Shown here: positions 20,185 through 28,409 of the stretch, one piece after another
Numbering within the stretch: the stretch's first letter is position 1
Layout: each line of letters opens with the position of its first letter
Source of the DNA: an uncultured Planctomycetaceae bacterium
Lineage (GTDB): Bacteria; Planctomycetota; Planctomycetia; Pirellulales; Thermoguttaceae
Direction: 5' to 3'
Assembly (NCBI GenBank): GCA_946408825.1
Contig: CAMJTU010000017.1
Coordinates: 1,143 to 65,142, forward strand
Length of the DNA stretch: 64,000 bases
Position numbers and translations under genes: made by a program
The notes under the pieces: generated by a model
What the model was told of the DNA's origin: nothing
Databases searched by the model: none
What the model saw: the letters and a program-made list of their open reading frames with translations, nothing else

Positions 20185-20943
20185 ATGAAACCTAACGTAT
20201 TGATTTTGAGAGCGCCTGGGACGAACTGTGATTTTGAAACGTCCTATGCGTTTGAAATTGCTGGAGCAACGACAGAGCGGATTCATGTTAATCGAGTTCT
20301 AGAGGATCCGTCGTTGCTCGACCGCTTTCAGATAATGTGCTTTCCCGGCGGGTTTAGTTATGGCGACGACGTCGCCGCTGGTCGGGTGCTCGCGACAAAG
20401 GTACGCGTACGACTGTTTGACGCGATTCGTAAATTTCGAGACGCGGGCAAATTGATTTTTGGCGTATGCAACGGATTTCAAATTCTTATTAAGTCTGGAA
20501 TCCTCGTCGCTGACGACGATCTGGGCGCGCCTGTTACGCTGACATGGAATAAGTCTGGAGTTTATACCGATCGTTGGACACGACTCGTCGTCAAGAGCGA
20601 TAAATGTGTATTTCTTCGTGGGGTAACAGAGATTTATCTTCCGATCGCGCATGCTGAAGGCAAATTTATGGCTCGTGACGAAACCGTCCTTGACCGACTT
20701 GAAACTGAGGGACGTCTTGTTCTCCGTTATGTCCACTCGGACAATCCAAACGGCGCCATGCGCGACGTTGCCGGGGTTTGTGACGAAACAGGACGTGTTT
20801 TTGGTCTTATGCCTCACCCTGAGCGACATGTTGACCGAACTCAACACCCTAATTGGACTCGTTTTCGGAACGAACCCAATTTTGATCAGAGAGTAGGCGA
20901 CGGTTTTGTTATCTTTAAAAATGCCGTCGAATATTTCGCTTAG
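20185..20943 (+). CDS. purQ: FGAM synthase glutaminase subunit PurQ
   Basis: 252 aa with the catalytic GVCNGFQIL and MPHPER motifs. Confidence 0.9.
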   Translation: MKPNVLILRAPGTNCDFETSYAFEIAGATTERIHVNRVLEDPSLLDRFQIMCFPGGFSYGDDVAAGRVLATKVRVRLFDAIRKFRDAGKLIFGVCNGFQILIKSGILVADDDLGAPVTLTWNKSGVYTDRWTRLVVKSDKCVFLRGVTEIYLPIAHAEGKFMARDETVLDRLETEGRLVLRYVHSDNPNGAMRDVAGVCDETGRVFGLMPHPERHVDRTQHPNWTRFRNEPNFDQRVGDGFVIFKNAVEYFA

Positions 20944-20968
20944 CGGAACACGGTAATTTCAGAGACGT

Positions 20969-21008
20969 CGGGACGAACTTTGACGTTATGAGGTTCGTCC
21001 CGTTCTTC
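20969..21008. terminator. Bidirectional hairpin between convergent purQ and the polyferredoxin gene
   Basis: cgggacgaac (20969-20978) pairs with gttcgtcccg (20993-21002), followed by ttcttc. Confidence 0.55.
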
Positions 21009-22461
21009 AATTAATTCGTTCTTGTGATTTCTTAACGATTGAGAGAGCCCTAACGCGCGTTGTCGCTCCCGGATCGACATACTCGCCGTCGTTGAGAAAA
21101 ATCGGTTCGCCAGGGCAAGTTACGACGCAGCGTCCGCATCCAACGCAAATATTTTCGTCAATCGTCGGCAGTTCTAGATATTCTTCTTCCAGCCAGACGA
21201 GATCAATAGCTCCGTAAGGACATTCTCGACGACAGATAGAACACTCTTGTTCATAGTAGAGCATGCAATGTTCCATTTCGAACTTTGCAATACCGATAGA
21301 TTTCACTTTTTTATCTGCAATATCTGCAAGAAAAATAGCGCCAGTTGGACATGCTTGAGAGCAGACGTCGCAGTCTTTTTCACAGAATTGTGCGCCGCGC
21401 GCAAAGTCTACGATAGGGGTGCCTACGAGAATTGCTTTATCTAATAGCGAAAGATTTGCCAGCTCGCCTTTGGGACTAACGCTTTCTTCTGAACTTGAAT
21501 TTACGCCGTTACTAAAATTAACAAGCGTCAGTATCTCGTTAGGGCAGGCTTTAACACAACGTCCACATCTAGCGCATTTCGCGAGAAATTCGCTTTCCCT
21601 CGTGACTCCAGGAGGACGAAAAAAGAACTTTTTTAAACTTAATCCTCGCTTTTTTATCGAAACGGCAATGGTTGGCGAGAGGGATAATATTCCGACCATT
21701 GCCCAAAAGTTGCGTCGAGACGCTATGCTACTTTGGGTTTTTTCTTCGTGTAAACGTTCTTTCTTTATATGCTTTAAACTTTTCTGAACAAAGGTCTTGG
21801 GAAGATAAAGCAATTCCTGAACCGCGCCGCAAGGACAGAATTGGAAGCGCCAGAAGTATGGGGAAATTAGAAAACAAATAAGGAAAATTAAAAGTAGAGG
21901 CGTGGCTTTAGGAAGAGAATTTAGCGTCTGTGACAGAATTGCCATGGGATCAAATGCAAATGCTGAAATTGGCGACGCGACTTCGGGGAAAAATAATAGG
22001 GGCGCTGTCGAACAGAACCAAAAAAAAGAGAAAAAGGCAAAAAAGCGACGATGTGAAAAAACCAAACCGTAGCGTCCAAAACGTGTCCGAAACGTTTTTC
22101 TTCGAATATTTGCGGCGACGTCGACGCATAGTCCCAAAGGACATACGAAACGACAGAAAAAACGTTTCTTCAAAAGACAGAGGAGGATTATTAAACTTGC
22201 CGCGCTCGTTGTGATGGCGCCAATTAAGCCAGACGCGTTTGAGGAAGACTGCGTTTCAGAATTTTGGAATGTTCCTGAAAGAAACAGTAAAGGGCTGAGA
22301 TGAACAGTCGCACGCGAGACGACGGACACGCTGCCCAAAAAAGCTGCGATAATGATTGAGAATATGCCAAATCTTACAGACCAGATAACAGCTTTAACGA
22401 TTTGTCGCCGACGGACGTTCGATGAATTTAATTTTTTTTCATTATCCATATTTCTAGTCAA
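21007..22461 (-). CDS. Integral-membrane polyferredoxin (NapH/NosR-like 4Fe-4S protein)
   Basis: 484 aa with multiple TM segments carrying FVCPLGLC and FCPCGAVQE motifs. The C-terminus has four CxxCxxCxxxCP clusters: CARCGRCVKACP, CDVCSQACP, CSICRRECP and CVGCGRCVVTCP. Confidence 0.75.
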   Translation of the reverse strand: MTRNMDNEKKLNSSNVRRRQIVKAVIWSVRFGIFSIIIAAFLGSVSVVSRATVHLSPLLFLSGTFQNSETQSSSNASGLIGAITTSAASLIILLCLLKKRFFCRFVCPLGLCVDVAANIRRKTFRTRFGRYGLVFSHRRFFAFFSFFWFCSTAPLLFFPEVASPISAFAFDPMAILSQTLNSLPKATPLLLIFLICFLISPYFWRFQFCPCGAVQELLYLPKTFVQKSLKHIKKERLHEEKTQSSIASRRNFWAMVGILSLSPTIAVSIKKRGLSLKKFFFRPPGVTRESEFLAKCARCGRCVKACPNEILTLVNFSNGVNSSSEESVSPKGELANLSLLDKAILVGTPIVDFARGAQFCEKDCDVCSQACPTGAIFLADIADKKVKSIGIAKFEMEHCMLYYEQECSICRRECPYGAIDLVWLEEEYLELPTIDENICVGCGRCVVTCPGEPIFLNDGEYVDPGATTRVRALSIVKKSQERIN

Positions 22462-22554
22462 TCAAGGTTTTGGCGAACAGCGTTCCGCCAAAAAAGGAAC
22501 GTCGACGCTATAAACGACGGCGTTCCCTTTCTTTAACAAGACGTCGAATATCTT

Positions 22555-23943
22555 TTAACCAAGATAGGCCTTTTGATCCAAAAGCGCTTTCTGAACGTCA
22601 GGAATAGAGACGTTTCTGGCGATGACGCCATCCTTTGCTGCAAGCGCCGCTGCGACGCCTGCCGCATGACCACTGACCCAACAATTGGGGATAACCCGGA
22701 CGACGTCAGACATTAGCGGCTCTGCCGAAAGCGAACGACCCGCAGTGATAATATTTTCAACATTGCGAGGAACGAGTGAACGATAAGGAATCTGCCATCC
22801 TAAGTGATCGCCGTGCCAAGCGCCGCCTATTCCGACACAGTCGTCATATTTTTTACCCGCCTTGGCGTTTTCCAGCGTTAATGTTTCTTCTCCTTCAATA
22901 ACACGCGTAATACGCACGCCGATCTGAGGCGCGGTCTCCATGAGAAAAACCTCTTCATACCCTGGAGTATTACGTACTTCCTGTATCTGTTTCCAGATTT
23001 GTTTACGGTGGCTCAGTTCGAGTTTAGAGAGCGTTTTAACGTCAACTCCATCTAGAGAAGGACCTGTCATGTTGACCCAGCGGACGCCAGGAACTGGGGT
23101 AACGTCTCCTAAATGACGCGGAGGCTTCTGACCTTCTTGAGGTTTGGCTCTGTCTAGGTTGCCAATACGATAGGGAAGGCCAATGTTGTACAAACGTTGA
23201 GTGTGAGTTGCTCCTGCCGGAACAAAGACGTCGCCGTCTCCAGTCGTGTCAATTGTTTGTTTGGCAAGAATTGCCTGCGGGCCAAGTTTTGTTTGAATCA
23301 CAGCGCCTCTAACAACCGGATTGCCCGTCGTTGAATCCGGAGCGTCGTCGACAATTGCGTCGATTGCCCAAGAATGAAGAAAGACTTCAACATTGGCTTC
23401 CGTGATCATTTCGACGAGCAAGTATTTATAAGTTTCAGCGTCAAGCGTCGGATTACGTCCAAATTCACGATTAACAATGCCGTTAGGAAGCCCTTCAAGG
23501 CGTTTCATCATTTCTTCGCCGAGTCCTTGGGTAACTTGAACCTTCTTATCGCCTTCACGGGTCCAATGTCCAAGAATATGTACGACGAGCCCTCCCGTGG
23601 CAAGACCGCCAAAATGACCGTATCGTTCAACCAAAGTTGTTTTTAAACCTAGTCTCGCCGCAGCGATAGCCGCACAACAGCCCGCAGGACCGCCTCCGAC
23701 GACGAGAACGTCAGTCTCGCTTATCTTTGGCAACGACAATTGAGGTCTGACGATTTGCCCTTCAGCGAGGAGTTTAACGGGATTTGCATTTGATCCATCA
23801 TGCAACTCGCCTACCGTTTTATCCTTTTGGCTGACAAAATCTGCGAGCGTCGATTGCGTTTTAAGACTACTCGCACTGAATGTCGCGGCTCCAAATGCAA
23901 ATGTTTTAAGGAGATCGCGCCTTGTTAATTCGCTAAGGAACAT
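22555..23943 (-). CDS. Tat-exported FAD-dependent oxidoreductase
   Basis: Twin-arginine signal MFLSELTRRDLLKTFAFGAATFSASS and dinucleotide fold VLVVGGGPAGCCAAIAAARLG. I prefer ATG 23943 (preceded by GAGG) over the track's TTG at 23967. Confidence 0.75.
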   Translation of the reverse strand: MFLSELTRRDLLKTFAFGAATFSASSLKTQSTLADFVSQKDKTVGELHDGSNANPVKLLAEGQIVRPQLSLPKISETDVLVVGGGPAGCCAAIAAARLGLKTTLVERYGHFGGLATGGLVVHILGHWTREGDKKVQVTQGLGEEMMKRLEGLPNGIVNREFGRNPTLDAETYKYLLVEMITEANVEVFLHSWAIDAIVDDAPDSTTGNPVVRGAVIQTKLGPQAILAKQTIDTTGDGDVFVPAGATHTQRLYNIGLPYRIGNLDRAKPQEGQKPPRHLGDVTPVPGVRWVNMTGPSLDGVDVKTLSKLELSHRKQIWKQIQEVRNTPGYEEVFLMETAPQIGVRITRVIEGEETLTLENAKAGKKYDDCVGIGGAWHGDHLGWQIPYRSLVPRNVENIITAGRSLSAEPLMSDVVRVIPNCWVSGHAAGVAAALAAKDGVIARNVSIPDVQKALLDQKAYLG

Positions 23944-24003
23944 TTTTTTACCTCTATCGATTTCCAAACGACTCGTCGTGAACGCCCAACAGGAATTGGA
24001 TTA

Positions 24004-24933
24004 TTAGTGCATTTCTGCTTCGACTTTTTTAATTGCAGGACGGTAATAGTGAAAATGGACGTTTGGATGGTCGCCGAGAAGAGACATAGGAACAGCAGAA
24101 TCGCATATTCTATTGGCAACCATAAAAGCGGAAAGACGCATGCCAAATGGATTGTCGTGCATTCCTGCCTGCCAAATACTGACTTTATCTGCCTTCCAAG
24201 TTTCAACTGGTCCGACAGTACAGGCTTGAGACGGAACGTTGGCGACATATCCGCCGCCGCTTGTTCTGGCGTTTTGGAGAATTGTGATAGGATGGAGATC
24301 AACGACACGGGTCGTCAATTGACGATATTCTTCTGGAGAAGGCGGCGCGTCTTTGTATTGGTCGACGCGACGAACAGGATCGTTGAATGCCCAATGCTTC
24401 GTGTCGCCCTGACCGCCTTGCATTGTCGCACAACGAATTTGATCGTAAGTACGGGAATATGCCGCAAGGTCTCCAGAAGGGAAGTGAATGTTTTCCAGCG
24501 GCATACGTAACTTGGTTTCGATACGGTCAAAACAGAGTTGAAAATCAGCGCGGGCAAAGGAAAGAGGATGATCCATCGAAACAGGGACGCCGTTTTCAAC
24601 CCACTCGTCCATGCCCCAGAAATGGGCGTTTTTTAAATTGATCTCAAGCGCGTTAACAATTTGAGCAACGAGCGGCAATTGTTCCGTCGGTCCTATAGGT
24701 CCACAGAGTCCGACAGGATTATCGGCCGTTGATTGTCTCCATGCGTCGACATACTCCAACGCTTCCGCGGTATAAAATTCCTCAAGCGTTTCATAATAGT
24801 GGACTTGGAATCCAGGTCGCGAGAGTTTAAAAAGCGACTCCTCGGTAAGCTTTGCAGCATCGGCGAGAATATCGGGCTCTAAAGTCGTGTAGTCCCACCA
24901 ATCGGGAGCAATTTTACTTAAAGGTCTCGTCAT
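24004..24933 (-). CDS. Glucosamine-6-phosphate deaminase/isomerase (NagB)-like protein
   Basis: 309 aa. [32 protein letters not shown] and ACTVGP align by eye with the NagB motifs LGLPTGGTP, FNMDEYVGL and GGVGNDGHIAFNEP. Confidence 0.6.
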   Translation of the reverse strand: MTRPLSKIAPDWWDYTTLEPDILADAAKLTEESLFKLSRPGFQVHYYETLEEFYTAEALEYVDAWRQSTADNPVGLCGPIGPTEQLPLVAQIVNALEINLKNAHFWGMDEWVENGVPVSMDHPLSFARADFQLCFDRIETKLRMPLENIHFPSGDLAAYSRTYDQIRCATMQGGQGDTKHWAFNDPVRRVDQYKDAPPSPEEYRQLTTRVVDLHPITILQNARTSGGGYVANVPSQACTVGPVETWKADKVSIWQAGMHDNPFGMRLSAFMVANRICDSAVPMSLLGDHPNVHFHYYRPAIKKVEAEMH

Positions 24934-25111
24934 CAGAAGCGCCTCTTATTAGTTAAAATAGACAATGACAATAAATGCGATTGCTATTGGACGGTTCCAA
25001 TAGCGAACGTCAACGTCGCTACCAATTATATGGAGATTAAACGGTGGAGTCCAGATTTTTCTAGATTTTTACTTATCTGAAAAAGCGGCAGAGAGAAATA
25101 TACGTCATTTA

Positions 25112-25140
25112 GAAAATAAAAAACCGCCCAGGGGGGCGGT
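25112..25140 (-). terminator. Rho-independent terminator of the tRNA-Arg pair
   Basis: On the minus strand: ACCGCCC-CCCT-GGGCGGT followed by TTTTTTATTTT. The stem is at 25123-25129 / 25134-25140. Confidence 0.7.
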
Positions 25141-25148
25141 AAAAGGAA

Positions 25149-25222
<74 letters not shown>

Positions 25223-25249
25223 AAGTCAAAGAGGGCATCAAGCAAAAGA

Positions 25250-25323
<74 letters not shown>

Positions 25324-25354
25324 ACTCGAGGACTTTCACCTCTAAAACAGGTGA

Positions 25355-25383
25355 TATTTAACCACACTAATCCCGTTTGACAA
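25355..25383 (-). promoter_or_regulatory. Sigma-70-like promoter for the tRNA-Arg pair
   Basis: On the minus strand: TTGTCA (25378-25383), a 17-nt spacer, then TAAATA (25355-25360). It lies about 30 nt upstream of the tRNA copy 2 5' end. Confidence 0.4.
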
Positions 25384-25440
25384 GGGGAGATTTTAAAAAA
25401 CTTCTCGAACTCTCTGGGAAAAAGCTATTTCATGGACGCT

Positions 25441-26301
25441 TCAGAAAGGCAACGTATAAGGACTGTACGTGGAATATCCAAACGTCGGCAATTCGTCGAT
25501 CATTCTAACGTCCTCAGCGCTAATATCAAAATCAAAGATTTGCGCGTTCGAAATAATGCGTTCCTTATGTGTGGATTTGGGGAGAGGGATAACGTCATGT
25601 TGAAGTTCCCAACGGAGGCAGATTTGGGCTGTCGTTTTTCCGTATTTTTCCGCAAGCTTTTGGAGACGAGCGTCTGAGAGAACTCGACCGCTGCCAAGAG
25701 GACTCCAAGCTTCGACTAAAATACCGTTTTGACGACAGAATTCGACGGCGTCAAATTGGGGATAACCCGGGTGAAACTCGATTTGATCTACAACAGGGGG
25801 AATTTCGGCGTCGTCAAGGATTTGTTCTATATGCGGTTTAAGGAAATTACTCATGCCGAGCGATCGTACGAGACCGTCTTTATGAAGTTTCTCGAAAGCG
25901 CGCCAAGTGTCTTTATTAACCTTGACGGGATCATCGTAGACATTATCGTTAGCGGGCCAGTGAATCAGATAGAGATCAAGATAATCAACGCCAAGAAGCT
26001 CAAGAGATTTTTGGCAGGCTTTGAGCGTTGTTTCGTAGCCACGATCTGTGTTCCAGAGTTTTGTCGTCAAAAAAATATCTTTACGATCAAGTCCAGACTC
26101 CTGTATTCCCAATCCGACGCTTCTCTCGTTGTAATACGCGTAAGCAGTGTCGATATGGCGATAACCTATCTCAAGCGCGTCTTTGACCGCCTGCTTCGCA
26201 ACTTCTCCTTCCTGAGATTGCCAAGTGCCAAATCCAACACATGGAATAGCATGACCATCCCGAAGGGTAAAGACGTCCGACAGTGATTTCAATACAGTCA
26301 T
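25441..26301 (-). CDS. Aldo/keto reductase (2,5-diketo-D-gluconate reductase-like)
   Basis: GFGTWQ, IDTAYAYYNE and LYLIHWP motifs. I prefer ATG 26301 (preceded by AAGGAA) over the TTG at 26319. Confidence 0.85.
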   Translation of the reverse strand: MTVLKSLSDVFTLRDGHAIPCVGFGTWQSQEGEVAKQAVKDALEIGYRHIDTAYAYYNERSVGLGIQESGLDRKDIFLTTKLWNTDRGYETTLKACQKSLELLGVDYLDLYLIHWPANDNVYDDPVKVNKDTWRAFEKLHKDGLVRSLGMSNFLKPHIEQILDDAEIPPVVDQIEFHPGYPQFDAVEFCRQNGILVEAWSPLGSGRVLSDARLQKLAEKYGKTTAQICLRWELQHDVIPLPKSTHKERIISNAQIFDFDISAEDVRMIDELPTFGYSTYSPYTLPF

Positions 26302-26325
26302 TTTATTCCTTCTGAACAACAGATC

Positions 26326-26358
26326 GAAAAAAAGCCGAGGCGAGAACTTCGCCTCAGC
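26326..26358 (-). terminator. Terminator after the WD40 gene
   Basis: On the minus strand: GAGGCGA-AGTTC-TCGCCTC followed by GGCTTTTTTTCG (plus-strand A-run 26327-26333). Confidence 0.6.
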
Positions 26359-26405
26359 TTCTAGAGAAACAAATAGCGTAAAGAATAGCGATTACTATTA
26401 GGGAA

Positions 26406-27989
26406 TCACTTGGGCTCAGGCATGGCGCTAGAACCTACGTTTGTCGGGTTTGCCATCGGATCCCCCCCCAAACCGTATCCGCCTTGACGACCGTTACCGG
26501 AGGATGCGTTATCGCCATAGTATCGCGCGTTTCCAGGGACACGCCATATCCTTACAACTCCATCTTGGCAACCTCCGATAACATAGACCATGTCTTCTGT
26601 CACATCGACTGAGAAGATTGGAACGTTCGCCTCAAATCGTGCAAGCTCGTCGCCCTTAGGACGACCTTCACGACGGGTCGGTTTACCGACGTTCTGATTT
26701 TCACGGTTGCCCATTGAGCCACTTGGCGAAGGAGTTGGCGTCGACAAGAAATCGCTTCCAGGCATGGTCATATTAGTTCCGGCGTTCATTCCGCCGTTCT
26801 GACGTTGTTGATTGTTCGACGACGCGTTAGTCGCCCAAATTCTCACGGATCCGTCGTCGCTCGCGGTGCAGATAAACTGACCGGCAAAAACAGCTTGACG
26901 CACGGCGCCTTCATGACCGACAAATCTGCAAATTTCTTCGCCTGTAGAAGGATCCCACAACCTTGCCGTTTTGTCACGACTAGCTGTCAAAAGACGAGTT
27001 CCGTCGGAAGAAAAGCAAACGGAATATACTTTGTCGGAATGTCCCGTAAGAACGGCGACTTGTTTCATGAGTTCGGTGTTCCAAATACGAACCGTTCCGT
27101 CAGCGCCTGCGGTCGCGACAAAAACGCTGGACGGATCAAAAGCGACGTCGAAAACAGGTCCCTCGTGACCTTCAGTTCCGCCCTCAGCTCCAAGCGTCTG
27201 CGCGTCTTCGCGGTTTGGAAGATTGTCAAGTTTCTTGACGGTAAGAGCTTCCCAGAAATACACGCGTCCATCGTTGCATGCCGCCGCGACATATTGACCG
27301 TTGGGAGAAGGCGTAATCGACCAGAGGCGGTCTTTAGCGCCCAAATATGCGCGAATATTCTCATGTTTAGAGATTGTCCAAAGACGTCCGATTTGATCGT
27401 AACTTGACGTCAAAACATAAGAATAATCAGGAGAAAAAACGGCCTTCGTTACCCCTTGCTTATGTTCGTCCTTGAAAACGCCGCGTACACGTGCGCTTGT
27501 TGCAGACCACTCCGTCGTCTCTTGGTCGTATTTTCCCTCTAAGACCCAAAGTTTTGCCGTCGTATCGCCGCTACCGCTAAGAATTGCGTAACGATCCTCG
27601 TTTCCGTCGTTGAACATAAACGACTTGACAGAGAGGACCGGTTCCTTAGGATCGTGACCTTTGTATGTAAACTCAGGCGCTTCGACCACAATTGTTTCCC
27701 ATTCTTGAGCAGGGAGCGTCGTTTGATTGGCGCCGAGTCCAGAACCTAGCGTTCCGCCGTCCATAGTAGCGCTCGGCGTTCCGTAGGCGTTAATTCCCTG
27801 AGCGCCAGGAGCCGTCCCGACTCCGCCCGACCTCATCGACTCCGCTCTGTTATAGACTCCAAACACTGCAGGAGAAGAGAACTGCGCAAACGCGTGCGCA
27901 CAAAAGGCGACGACTACAAATGCGGCGACCAGAAAACGAGCGCCAGACGTTAAAAAACGGCGAGAAAACGAACGATTTAACATGGTCAA
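26406..27989 (-). CDS. Exported WD40-repeat protein
   Basis: 527 aa. The signal peptide is FLVAAFVVVAFCAHAFA-QF. Repeats resemble LTGHSDKVYSVCFSSDGTRLLTASRDKTARLWD, and the N- and C-terminal regions are G/N-rich and low-complexity. Confidence 0.8.
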   Translation of the reverse strand: MTMLNRSFSRRFLTSGARFLVAAFVVVAFCAHAFAQFSSPAVFGVYNRAESMRSGGVGTAPGAQGINAYGTPSATMDGGTLGSGLGANQTTLPAQEWETIVVEAPEFTYKGHDPKEPVLSVKSFMFNDGNEDRYAILSGSGDTTAKLWVLEGKYDQETTEWSATSARVRGVFKDEHKQGVTKAVFSPDYSYVLTSSYDQIGRLWTISKHENIRAYLGAKDRLWSITPSPNGQYVAAACNDGRVYFWEALTVKKLDNLPNREDAQTLGAEGGTEGHEGPVFDVAFDPSSVFVATAGADGTVRIWNTELMKQVAVLTGHSDKVYSVCFSSDGTRLLTASRDKTARLWDPSTGEEICRFVGHEGAVRQAVFAGQFICTASDDGSVRIWATNASSNNQQRQNGGMNAGTNMTMPGSDFLSTPTPSPSGSMGNRENQNVGKPTRREGRPKGDELARFEANVPIFSVDVTEDMVYVIGGCQDGVVRIWRVPGNARYYGDNASSGNGRQGGYGLGGDPMANPTNVGSSAMPEPK

Positions 27990-28409
27990 CTTCTCCGATA
28001 GTCGGATGAACGCGCCTACAAGACGCCATTATCGTAGTCTGACGAATCACGCGATTCAATGGGAACGTGTTGGCGTTCGCCAAGACTAACGCTAAATCTC
28101 TAAAGTTTAGGCGCTCGTCATCCAGTCTTTTGGACGCTCGAACCCTGTAAAATAAAAATCACTACCTTGCTCCACTAAAATTCAGAGTCAAAAATCAGTC
28201 GTCTAACGCGTGCAGACGTCCGATTCTTTTTCCGAAGGAACTTGCAATAAAAGGACAGCTACGTGGACTAGTCGCTTGTAAGTTTGACGACAAGGAAAGT
28301 CGTTTAGGACGATTGCTTAACCCTAAAAAACAACAACATAGAGCCGACTCAAGTCGTCAATTGATCACGGGCCAGAGTGAAACGTTGGCGTCGACGTCAA
28401 ACAAACGAA

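Noticed and set aside
20299-20847. 182-aa minus-strand ORF.
   Set aside because: It is antisense to purQ, which has its catalytic motifs intact.
26805-27407. 200-aa plus-strand ORF.
   Set aside because: It is antisense to the WD40 gene and has no recognisable features.
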